The position numbers and the translations under genes were made by a program. DNA of 52,090 bases from Candidatus Rokuibacteriota bacterium (GTDB lineage: Bacteria; Methylomirabilota; Methylomirabilia; Rokubacteriales; CSP1-6), in the NCBI GenBank assembly GCA_016179875.1, contig JACPCH010000020.1, positions 1 through 52,090 on the forward strand. Direction: 5' to 3'. Positions 10,350-18,659 of the stretch are shown one piece after another (within the stretch, counting starts at the first letter, position 1; the number at the start of each line of letters is the position of its first letter). The notes beneath the pieces are model-generated. The model saw only the letters and a list, made by a program, of their open reading frames with translations, searched no databases and was not told the origin of the DNA.

Positions 10350-11462
10350 ATGTCAACGCAGTGGGAGTCGCTCGCGAACGAACACATCCTGGGGATCGCG
10401 CCCTACGAGCCCGGCAAGCCCATCGAGGAGCTCGAGCGCGAGCTGGGCATCCACGACGCGATCAAGCTGGCCTCGAACGAGAACCCGCTGCCGCCGTCCG
10501 ACCGGGTGCAGAAGGCGATCCGGGCGGCGCTCGCCGTGCTGAACCGCTACCCCGACGGCAGCGGCTTCTACCTGCGGCAGGCGCTGGCCAAGAAGCACGG
10601 CTTCTCGCCGGACCAGATCGTGCTCGGCAACGGGTCGAACGAGCTGATCGAGCTCCTGGTCCGGGCCTTCCTGCGCCCGGGCGACGAGGCGGTCGTCCCG
10701 CACCCGTCGTTCGTCGTGTACCCGATGATCGTGCAGGCGGCGGGCGGGGTGCGCGTGATGGTGATGCTGAAGGACCACCGGCTCGACCTCGAGGCCATGG
10801 CGCGGGCCATCACGCCCATGACGAAGCTCGTGTTCATCGCGAACCCGAACAACCCGACCGCGACCATCGTGACCGCCGACGAGGTCGAGCACTTCATGGC
10901 GCGCGTGCCCGACCGCACGATCGTCGTCTTCGACGAGGCGTACATCGAGTTCGCCATGGGGCCGGACTTCCCGGAGACGCTCGCGCACGTCAAGCAGGGG
11001 CGCCGGGTCGTCGTGCTGCGGACCTTCTCGAAGGCGTCGAGCCTCGCCGGGCTGCGCGTCGGCTACGGGGTGGCCGACGCCGACGCGATCGCGCTCATGA
11101 ACCGCATCCGCCAGCCGTTCAACGTGAACGCGCTGGGCCAGGCGGCGGCCCTGGCGGCCCTGGAGGACGACGCCCACATCCTCGAGTGCGTCCGGATGAT
11201 CGAGGCCGGCCGGCACTTCCTCTACGACGAGTTCAAGACGCTCGGCGTCTCGTACGTGCCCTCGCGCGCGAACTTCATCCTCGTGGACGTCGGGCGGAGC
11301 GCCGCCGACATCTACCAGAAGCTCCTGCACCAGGGCGTGATCGTGCGGCCGATGACGCCGTTCGGCATGGAGACGGCGCTGCGGATCACGGTCGGGACGC
11401 CCGAGGAGAACCGGAAGCTGGTCAAGGCGCTGCGCGACGTGCTGGAGAAGAAGACCGCGTGA
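10350..11462 (+). CDS. hisC: Histidinol-phosphate / aromatic aminotransferase (class II PLP)
   Basis: 370 aa with AAGGAG RBS. IKLASNENPLPPS, NPNNPT and the PLP lysine region RTFSKASSLAGLRVGY. Confidence 0.85.
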   Translation: MSTQWESLANEHILGIAPYEPGKPIEELERELGIHDAIKLASNENPLPPSDRVQKAIRAALAVLNRYPDGSGFYLRQALAKKHGFSPDQIVLGNGSNELIELLVRAFLRPGDEAVVPHPSFVVYPMIVQAAGGVRVMVMLKDHRLDLEAMARAITPMTKLVFIANPNNPTATIVTADEVEHFMARVPDRTIVVFDEAYIEFAMGPDFPETLAHVKQGRRVVVLRTFSKASSLAGLRVGYGVADADAIALMNRIRQPFNVNALGQAAALAALEDDAHILECVRMIEAGRHFLYDEFKTLGVSYVPSRANFILVDVGRSAADIYQKLLHQGVIVRPMTPFGMETALRITVGTPEENRKLVKALRDVLEKKTA

Positions 11463-12307
11463 TCCGGCGGCTCGCCATCGTCGGCGTCGGTCTCCTGGGC
11501 GGGTCCGTCGCGAAGGCGGCGCGGGCGCGCGGGCTCGCGGGCGAGGTCGTCGGCGTCGGGCGGGACGCCTCCCGGCTCGCGCCGGCCCTGGCCGAGGGCG
11601 TCCTGGATCGCGCGACCACAGACGTGGCGGCCGGCGTGAGCGACGCCGATCTGGTGCTGCTGGCGGTGCCGGTGCTGGCCATCGAACGCCTGCTGCCGGC
11701 GGTGTGGCGCGCGGCCGGCGACGGCGCGGTCGTGACCGACGTCGGCTCCACCAAGCGCGACATCGTGCGCGCCGCCGAGCGGCTCGCGGAGGCGCGCCCG
11801 CTCGCGTTCGTCGGCGGCCACCCGATGGCCGGCTCCGAGCGGAGCGGCTACGGCGTGGCGCGGGCCGACCTGTTCCAGGGGGCGACCGTCATCGTGACGC
11901 CCACCGACCGCACCGAGCCTCGGGCGGTGAAGACGGTCAGCGGACTCTGGGAGGCGCTCGGCGCGCGCGTCGCCGCGCTCGATCCCGAGAGCCACGACCA
12001 GGCCGTGGCCGCCGTGAGCCACCTGCCGCACCTCGTCGCCTGCGCGCTGATGGACGGCGTGGCGCGCCACGCCGCCGAGGCCCTGCCGTTCGCGGCGCGC
12101 GGCTTCCGCGACACGACGCGGATCGCGGCCTCCGACCCGGACGTGTGGACGGAGATCTTCCTGGCCAACCGCGACGCGCTGCGGGCGCTGCTCGCCGACT
12201 TCCGCCGGAGCCTGGAGGCGCTCGACGGGCTCCTCGCCGCCGGCGGCGCCGACGCGCTGCGCGCGGCGCTGGCGCGCATCCGCGCGGCGCGCGAGGGCCT
12301 CGCGTGA
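11459..12307 (+). CDS. tyrA: Prephenate/arogenate dehydrogenase
   Basis: GTGA overlap with hisC. Rossmann motif LAIVGVGLLGGSVA, GGHPMAGSE, and DPESHDQAVAAVSHLPHL. Confidence 0.85.
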   Translation: MIRRLAIVGVGLLGGSVAKAARARGLAGEVVGVGRDASRLAPALAEGVLDRATTDVAAGVSDADLVLLAVPVLAIERLLPAVWRAAGDGAVVTDVGSTKRDIVRAAERLAEARPLAFVGGHPMAGSERSGYGVARADLFQGATVIVTPTDRTEPRAVKTVSGLWEALGARVAALDPESHDQAVAAVSHLPHLVACALMDGVARHAAEALPFAARGFRDTTRIAASDPDVWTEIFLANRDALRALLADFRRSLEALDGLLAAGGADALRAALARIRAAREGLA

Positions 12308-13620
12308 GGTTCCGCGTGCGGCCCGTCGCGCGGCTCGCGGGCCGGGTCGAGGTCCCGGGCGACAAGTCCGTGTCGCATCGCGCGGCGCTGCTCGGCGCGC
12401 TCGCCGAGGGGATCACGGAGGTCCACGGCTATCTGGAGGCGGACGACTGCCTCCGCACGCTCGCCGCCGTGCAGGCGCTCGGCTGTGAGGTGACGCGCAA
12501 GGGGCCGGGCCACTACCGGATCGCCGGCGCGGGGCCCGGCGGCCCGCAGGAGCCGGGCGACGTGATCGACTGCGGCAACTCCGGGACCACCGCGCGGCTC
12601 CTGACCGGCGTGCTCGCCGGCCAGCCATTCGTGACGGTGCTGACGGGCGACGAGTCGCTCCGCCGCCGGCCGATGGGGCGCGTGACCGAGCCGCTCGCGC
12701 GGATGGGCGCGACCTTCGTGGGGCGCGCGAACGGGACGAAGCTCCCGCTGGCGGTGCGGGGCCGCCGCCCGCTCGCCGCGCTCGCGTACGCGTCGCCCGT
12801 GGCCTCGGCGCAGGTGAAGTCGGCGATCCTGCTGGCCGGCCTCGGGGCCGACGGCCCGGTGTCGGTGACCGAACCCGCGCCCTCGCGGGACCACTCCGAG
12901 CGCATGCTGCGCCTGTTCGGCGCCAGGGTCGGGACGCGCGGTCTCACCGTCACCCTGACCCCCGGCGGGCTGCGCGGGACGACGGTGCAGGTCCCCGGGG
13001 ACATCTCGTCGGCCGCCTTCCTGCTCGTCGCCGGCGCGATCGTGCCCGACGCGCGGGTGACGGTGGCGCGCGCCGGCGTCAACCCGACGCGCACCGGGCT
13101 CCTCGACGTCCTCGCGGCGATGGGCGCCCGCGTCGACGCCCCCCCCGCCGCGGGGGAGCCCGGCGGCGAGCCGATGGCCGACCTGACGATCGCGACGAGC
13201 GAGCTCCACGGCGCGGCGGCCGGCGGCCCGTTGATTCCGCGGCTGATCGACGAGGTGCCGGTGCTGGCCGTCGCCGCGTGCCGCGCGCGGGGCGTGACGA
13301 CGATCGCCGACGCGGGCGAGCTGCGGGTGAAGGAGTCGGACCGGATCGCCGCGCTGGCGCGCGAGCTCGGCCGGATGGGCGTCCGCGTGGCCGAGCGGCC
13401 CGACGGCCTCGCGATCGAGGGGCCGCAGGCCCTGCGCGGGGCGCGCGTCGCGAGCGGCGGCGACCACCGGATGGCGATGGCCCTCGCCGTCGCGGGCCTC
13501 GTCGCCGACGGCGAGACGGTGGTCGAGGACACCGCGTGCGTGGCCACGTCGTTCCCGCAGTTCGTCGCGACGATCAACGCGCTGGCCGGGGTCGAGGCGA
13601 TCCGGGTGGAGGAGGGGTGA
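12304..13620 (+). CDS. aroA: 3-phosphoshikimate 1-carboxyvinyltransferase (EPSP synthase)
   Basis: GTGA overlap with tyrA. VEVPGDKSVSHRAALLGALAEG, NSGTTARLL, LRVKESDRIAA and GDHRMAMA motifs. Confidence 0.95.
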   Translation: MRFRVRPVARLAGRVEVPGDKSVSHRAALLGALAEGITEVHGYLEADDCLRTLAAVQALGCEVTRKGPGHYRIAGAGPGGPQEPGDVIDCGNSGTTARLLTGVLAGQPFVTVLTGDESLRRRPMGRVTEPLARMGATFVGRANGTKLPLAVRGRRPLAALAYASPVASAQVKSAILLAGLGADGPVSVTEPAPSRDHSERMLRLFGARVGTRGLTVTLTPGGLRGTTVQVPGDISSAAFLLVAGAIVPDARVTVARAGVNPTRTGLLDVLAAMGARVDAPPAAGEPGGEPMADLTIATSELHGAAAGGPLIPRLIDEVPVLAVAACRARGVTTIADAGELRVKESDRIAALARELGRMGVRVAERPDGLAIEGPQALRGARVASGGDHRMAMALAVAGLVADGETVVEDTACVATSFPQFVATINALAGVEAIRVEEG

Positions 13621-14966
13621 GGCGCGTGCGCGAGCCGGTGATCGCGATCGACGGCCCCGCCGGCGCCGGGAAGACGACGGTGGCGCGGCTCCTCGCGCAG
13701 CACCTCGGCTATCGGCTGGTGCCGACCGGGATCATGTACCGCGCGGTCGCCCTCGGGATCATGCGGGGGGGCCTCGCCCCGCGCGACGGGCCGGCGCTCC
13801 GGGCGTACCTCGGCTCGCTGGAGGTGGCCGTCGCCGGCGGGCGCGTGTTTCTGAACGAGGAGGACGTGACCGACGCGATCGGGAGCCCGGACGTGGCGCG
13901 CACGACGTCCGACCTGACGGCGCTCGCCGCCGTGCGCGAGAAGGTGACGCCGCTCCAGCGCCGCGAGGCCGCGGCCGGCGGCGTGGTCCTCGAGGGACGC
14001 GACACCGGCACCGTGGTGTGCCCGGACGCCGAGGTGAAGTTCTTCCTCACCGCCTCCCTGGAGGCGCGGGCGCGGCGGCGGCACGCGGAGCTCCTGGCCG
14101 AGGGGCGCGCGGCGGCGCTCGCGACGGTCCAGGAGGAGATCCGCGTGCGGGACGAGCAGGACGCCAGCCGCGAGTTGGCGCCGCTCCGCAAGGCGCCGGA
14201 CGCGATCGAGGTGGACACGTCGGACCTCGCGATCGAGCAGGTGGTGGAACGGTTGCTGGCGGACGTCGCGCGCCGGCGCGGGCGGGGACGCGCGGTGCGG
14301 CCGAGCCGGCTCTATGCGGCGGTGAGGGTGCTCGCCGCCGCCGCGATGCGGCTCGGCTGGCGGCTCGAGGGACGCGACACCCCGCACGTGCCGGCGGCGG
14401 GGCCCGTGCTGTTCGTCGCCAACCACTCGAGCTTCCTCGACCCGCCGGCGATCGGCAGCTGCGCGCCGCGCCAGCTCCATTTCCTGGCGAAGGAGGCGCT
14501 CTTCGCGATCCCGCTGTTCGGACGGATCATCCGCGCGGTCAACGCGCGGCCGGTGCGGCGCGGCGGGGCGGATCCCGCGGCCCTGCGCGCCGGGCTCCGG
14601 GTGCTCGAGGACGGTGGCGCGCTGCTCGTGTTCCCGGAGGGGAGCCGCGGCGCCGAGGGCGTGCTGCGGCCCCCGAAGCCGGGGGCCGCGATGCTGGCCG
14701 TGATGACGGGCGCGCCGGTCGTCCCCGTGTACGTGAGCGGAACCGGGCGCGCCTGGCCGATGGGGCGGCTGCTGCCGCGGCCGGGCAAGGTGGTCGTGGC
14801 GTTCGGCCCACCGCTGCGCTTCGCGGCGGCCGCGCGCGGCACCGGGCGCAAGGGCGCATACGAACGGGCGAGCCGTGAGATGATGACGGCGATCGCACGT
14901 CTGGGAGAGACCGTGGCGGCCGACGGGGGCATCCGGCCGCAGCGCATCGCCGTACAGGGCGAATAA
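13617..14966 (+). CDS. cmk: Fusion protein: cytidylate kinase (N-terminal) + 1-acyl-sn-glycerol-3-phosphate acyltransferase (C-terminal)
   Basis: GTGA overlap with aroA. N-terminal half has P-loop IAIDGPAGAGKTT and VLEGRDTGTVV (Cmk). C-terminal half has NHSSFLD (HX4D) and VFPEGSRG (PlsC motifs). There is no stop codon between the halves. Confidence 0.8.
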   Translation: MRRVREPVIAIDGPAGAGKTTVARLLAQHLGYRLVPTGIMYRAVALGIMRGGLAPRDGPALRAYLGSLEVAVAGGRVFLNEEDVTDAIGSPDVARTTSDLTALAAVREKVTPLQRREAAAGGVVLEGRDTGTVVCPDAEVKFFLTASLEARARRRHAELLAEGRAAALATVQEEIRVRDEQDASRELAPLRKAPDAIEVDTSDLAIEQVVERLLADVARRRGRGRAVRPSRLYAAVRVLAAAAMRLGWRLEGRDTPHVPAAGPVLFVANHSSFLDPPAIGSCAPRQLHFLAKEALFAIPLFGRIIRAVNARPVRRGGADPAALRAGLRVLEDGGALLVFPEGSRGAEGVLRPPKPGAAMLAVMTGAPVVPVYVSGTGRAWPMGRLLPRPGKVVVAFGPPLRFAAAARGTGRKGAYERASREMMTAIARLGETVAADGGIRPQRIAVQGE

Positions 14967-14989
14967 CAAGACTGGGAGGACCGGGCGGA

Positions 14990-16711
14990 ATGAAGACGGA
15001 CGAACCACGGAACACCCTCGGCGGGCCGCGTGGGGAGGGCGGAGAGGCGGCCGAGGAGCGGATGGAAGACTGGTACCGCGAGAGCGTCACCAGCGAGTTC
15101 GAGGAGGGCGAGGTCGTCCGCGGCCGCGTCGTCCACGTCGGGTCGAGCGAGGTGCTCGTCGACGTCGGCTACAAGAGCGAGGGCGCGATCCCGATCGAAG
15201 AGTTCCAGCGGCACGGGGCGCTCCCCAAGGTCGGCGACGAGATCGAGGTCTACCTCGAGGCCAAGGAAGACGCCGAGGGCCTGATCGTCCTGTCCAAGGA
15301 CAAGGCCGACAAGATCAAGGTCTGGGACTCGATCACCCAGGCCTATGAGAAATCCGCGCCGGTCGAGGGCCGGGTCGTGGAAGTCGTGAAGGGCGGGCTG
15401 TCGGTCGATGTCGGGGTCAAGGCCTTCCTTCCCGGCTCGCAGGTCGACCTGCGGCCCGTCAAGAACCTCGCCGCCATGGTGGGACAGACGATCCGGGCGA
15501 GAGTGATCAAGCTGAACCGCCGCCGGGGCAACGTGGTGCTCTCGCGACGCGCCGTCCTCGAGGAGGAACGCGAGGAGAAGAAGAAGCACACCCTGGAGGT
15601 GCTCGGCGAGGGGATGGTGCTCACCGGCACCGTGAAGAACATCACCGACTACGGCGCGTTCATCGACCTCGGCGGCATCGACGGCCTCCTGCACGTCACC
15701 GACATGAGCTGGGGGCGCGTCGGCCACCCGTCCGAGATCTTCCAGGTGGGCGACCAGGTCGAGGTCGTCGTGCTCCACTTCGACCGGGAGACGGGCCGCG
15801 TCTCGCTCGGCTACAAGCAGAAGTCGTCCGACCCCTGGGAGCACGTGGAGACGAAGTACGCCGCCGGCACCAAGACGCGCGGCCGGGTCGTGAGCCTGAC
15901 GAACTACGGCGCGTTCGTCGAGCTGGAGCCCGGCGTCGAGGGCCTCGTGCACGTGTCCGAGATGTCGTGGACGCGCCGGGTGCGCCACCCCTCCAAGCTC
16001 GTCAACGTGGGCGACGACGTGGACGTCATCGTCCTCGACGTCAACCGCGGCGCCAAGCGGATCTCGCTCGGCATGAAGCAGGTGGAGCCCGATCCGTGGG
16101 CGACGATCGAGGAGCGCTACCGCCCCGGCACGCGCGTGGCGGGGACGGTGCGCAACCTGACCGACTTCGGGGCCTTCATCGAGCTCGAGCCGGGCGTGGA
16201 CGGCCTGCTCCACATCTCCGACATGTCCTGGACGCGCAACGTGGGGCATCCGTCGGAGGTCCTCAAGAAGGGGCAGGACCTCGACACGCAGATCCTGAGC
16301 GTGGACCGGGAGAACAAGCGGATCTCGCTCGGGCTCAAGCAGATCCAGCCCGACCCGTGGACCACGGTGGCCCAGCGGTACCCGATGGGCTCCCGCGTCA
16401 CCGGCAAGGTCGTCCGGCTGACCGACTTCGGCGCGTTCGTCGAGCTCGAGCCGGGCGTGGACGGGCTCCTGCACGTCTCGCAGATCTCGAGCCGTCCGGT
16501 CGGCCGGCCGGAGGAGATCGTCAACGTCGGGGACGAGCTGACGCTGCTGGTGATCCGCGTCGATCCCAACGAGCGGCGCATCGGGCTCTCCCTCAAGGAG
16601 CTCGCGCACGCCATCGAGCCCGGGGTCGTCGACGATCGCGCTGGCGCCCCGGGCCGGCGCGGCAAGCGGGGCAAGCATCGCGACGACTATGACTACGAGG
16701 ACGAGAACTAG
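14990..16711 (+). CDS. rpsA: 30S ribosomal protein S1
   Basis: 573 aa with GGGAGGA RBS. Six S1 repeats (for example GxVxxxTDFGAFIELEPGVDGLLHISDMSW). Confidence 0.95.
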   Translation: MKTDEPRNTLGGPRGEGGEAAEERMEDWYRESVTSEFEEGEVVRGRVVHVGSSEVLVDVGYKSEGAIPIEEFQRHGALPKVGDEIEVYLEAKEDAEGLIVLSKDKADKIKVWDSITQAYEKSAPVEGRVVEVVKGGLSVDVGVKAFLPGSQVDLRPVKNLAAMVGQTIRARVIKLNRRRGNVVLSRRAVLEEEREEKKKHTLEVLGEGMVLTGTVKNITDYGAFIDLGGIDGLLHVTDMSWGRVGHPSEIFQVGDQVEVVVLHFDRETGRVSLGYKQKSSDPWEHVETKYAAGTKTRGRVVSLTNYGAFVELEPGVEGLVHVSEMSWTRRVRHPSKLVNVGDDVDVIVLDVNRGAKRISLGMKQVEPDPWATIEERYRPGTRVAGTVRNLTDFGAFIELEPGVDGLLHISDMSWTRNVGHPSEVLKKGQDLDTQILSVDRENKRISLGLKQIQPDPWTTVAQRYPMGSRVTGKVVRLTDFGAFVELEPGVDGLLHVSQISSRPVGRPEEIVNVGDELTLLVIRVDPNERRIGLSLKELAHAIEPGVVDDRAGAPGRRGKRGKHRDDYDYEDEN

Positions 16712-17600
16712 CCGGCCCGGCCGCGCCGCCGTCGTCCTGGCGGCGCTCGTGGTGTATCTCAGTGTCGCCGGACTCTTCCTCCTCGGCGTCTCCTCGATGC
16801 TCGGCGCCGGCGGGGGCGGCGGTTTCTTCGGCGCGAAGGTCGCCATCGTCGAACTCGAGGGGCTGATCGTGGACGTGGACGACCTCGTGCGCGAGCTCAA
16901 GGCGCACCGCGAGAACCCGGTCGTCCGCGCGGTCGTGATGCGCATCAACAGCCCGGGCGGGGTGGTGGCGCCGACCCAGGAGCTGCACGACGCCGTCAGG
17001 CGGGTGCGCGCCGCGGGCAAGCCGGTGGTGGCCTCGCTCGGCGCCGTCGCCGCGTCGGGCGGCTACTACGCGGCCGTCGCGGCCGACCGGATCTACGCGA
17101 ATCCCGGCACGCTGACCGGCTCGATCGGCGTGATCATGCAGCTCGCCAACGTCGAGGCCCTGATGAAGAAGGTCGGCGTGGACTACGTGGTCGTCAAGGC
17201 CGGCCCGTTCAAGGACGCCCCGAGCTTCGCCCGGGCGATGACGCCGGAGGAGCGTCGGGTGCTCCAGGCCCTGCTCGACGACGTCCACGGCCAGTTCATC
17301 GGCGCGGTCGCCGCCGGCCGCCAGCTCGATCGCCGGGAGGTGGCCGCGTTCGCCGACGGGCGCGTGTTCTCCGGGGTGCAGGCCCGGGCGCTCCACATGG
17401 TGGACGCGCTCGGCGGGCTCGAGGACGCGATCGACGCGGCGGCGATGCTCGCGGGGCTGCCGAAGCCGCCCCGGGTGATCGGGCCGCGCCGCCGGATCTC
17501 GATCATGGACCTCCTGCGCAGCCAGCTCGGGGTGCCGGGGTTCGGCGCGCTCCGGCCCGTCCTGCCGCTGTTCAAGACGCCGCTCTATCTGATGGACTGA
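16689..17600 (+). CDS. sppA: Signal peptide peptidase SppA, 36K type
   Basis: 303 aa. N-terminal TM segment, INSPGG motif (RINSPGGVV), ASGGYY, and GSIGV. Confidence 0.85.
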   Translation: MTTRTRTSRPGRAAVVLAALVVYLSVAGLFLLGVSSMLGAGGGGGFFGAKVAIVELEGLIVDVDDLVRELKAHRENPVVRAVVMRINSPGGVVAPTQELHDAVRRVRAAGKPVVASLGAVAASGGYYAAVAADRIYANPGTLTGSIGVIMQLANVEALMKKVGVDYVVVKAGPFKDAPSFARAMTPEERRVLQALLDDVHGQFIGAVAAGRQLDRREVAAFADGRVFSGVQARALHMVDALGGLEDAIDAAAMLAGLPKPPRVIGPRRRISIMDLLRSQLGVPGFGALRPVLPLFKTPLYLMD

Positions 17601-17806
17601 AGGTGCGCCCGGGGCGCCTCGAGTCTCGAGTGAGGCATCAGGCAACACATCCTAACACTTGGACTCTGTTGAGAAAATAATGAGACCATTTGGCCGGGAC
17701 TGCCCAGGTCGATTCCAGCCAAGTCACCGTGATCACGGCGCTTTCCGCCGCCCGGACCCGGGCGGTCGAGTCCGGCGCGCCCGTGATCTCTAACTCCCTA
17801 CGTTGG

Positions 17807-17836
17807 TTGACATTCTCGCCGACCGCGTGCTAGCGT
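17807..17836 (+). promoter_or_regulatory. Putative promoter of ihfB
   Basis: Perfect -35 TTGACA (17807-17812), 18-nt spacer, TAGCGT (17831-17836). About 50 nt upstream of the ihfB ATG, inside the largest intergenic gap, which is locally AT-rich. Confidence 0.4.
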
Positions 17837-17884
17837 TCCCTCGGGCGTGAGAACGGGCGTGACCCGGGAGACACGGGGTGGACG

Positions 17885-18160
17885 ATGACCAAGGCCGATC
17901 TGATTGACGAAGTCTCCAAGCTCTCGAATCTGACGAAGAAAGAGACCGAGACGATCGTCAACACGATCTTCGACAACATCACCGACGCGCTCGCGAAGGG
18001 TGACAAGGTCGAGCTTCGCGGCTTCGGCAGCTTCCGCATCCGCCACCGTAACTCCCGCAAGGGACGCAACCCGAAGACGGGTTCGGCCGTGGACGTGCCC
18101 CAGAAGCGGGTGCCCTTCTTCAAGGTAGGAAAGCGCCTCCGAGAGCTCGTCAACGCGTGA
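17885..18160 (+). CDS. ihfB: Integration host factor subunit beta (HU/IHF family)
   Basis: 91 aa. MTKADLIDEV..., RGFGSFRIRHRNSRKGRNPKTGSAVDVPQKRVPFFKVGK. Position after rpsA matches the enterobacterial/pseudomonad gene order. Confidence 0.85.
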   Translation: MTKADLIDEVSKLSNLTKKETETIVNTIFDNITDALAKGDKVELRGFGSFRIRHRNSRKGRNPKTGSAVDVPQKRVPFFKVGKRLRELVNA

Positions 18161-18176
18161 GCCCCCAGCCAGCCGC

Positions 18177-18659
18177 GTGAAGCGCCTCTGGGCGCCGTGG
18201 CGCATGGGCTATGTCGCCGGCTCCCGGCCGTCCGCGGCGTGTGTGCTCTGCGAGGCCCTGGCCGGTGCCGACGACAAGCAGAGCCTCGTCGTCGCGCGCC
18301 GCCCCCGCGCCTTCCTGATCCTCAACGCCTTTCCCTACGCGTCCGGGCACCTGCTGGCGGTGGTGAACCGCCACGTCGGCACGCTCGCCGAGACGACGGC
18401 GGAGGAGATCGCGGCGGCGATGGAGCTCGTCACGCTCGCGATCTCCCTCCTGACCGTCGAGTACCGGGCCCGGGGCTTCAACGTTGGCTGGAACGAGGGG
18501 CGCGTCGCCGGGGCCGGCATCGCCGACCACCTGCACGTGCACGTCGTCCCCCGCTGGGACGGCGACGCCAACTTCATGACGGTCGTGGGCGAGGTCCGCG
18601 TGCTGCCCGAGGCGCTCGCGGTCACCTGGGACCGGCTCCGAGGGCGCCTCGGTGACTGA
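18177..18659 (+). CDS. HIT family hydrolase / nucleotidyltransferase
   Basis: 160 aa. LWAPWR N-terminus and histidine triad DHLHVHVVPRW. Confidence 0.8.
   Translation: MKRLWAPWRMGYVAGSRPSAACVLCEALAGADDKQSLVVARRPRAFLILNAFPYASGHLLAVVNRHVGTLAETTAEEIAAAMELVTLAISLLTVEYRARGFNVGWNEGRVAGAGIADHLHVHVVPRWDGDANFMTVVGEVRVLPEALAVTWDRLRGRLGD

Noticed and set aside
14312-17020. 902-aa ORF antisense to rpsA/sppA. Similar very long antisense or alternative-frame ORFs include 12513..15008 (-), 18622..21165 (-), 19575..22913 upstream part, 20970..23027 (-), 25698..27257 (-), 26914..28770 (-) and 29270..30778 (-).
   Set aside because: Their translations are Arg/Ala/Gly/Pro-rich with no recognisable motifs. They lie opposite or out of frame to genes with unambiguous conserved motifs. 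Long stop-free shadow frames are expected at about 70% GC.
17680-17793. 37-codon ORF (MRPFGRDCPGRFQPSHRDHG...) in the sppA-ihfB intergenic region, behind a weak GAGA.
   Set aside because: The composition is Arg-rich and typical of random high-GC frames. It has no good RBS and no recognisable peptide features, and I cannot assess conservation.
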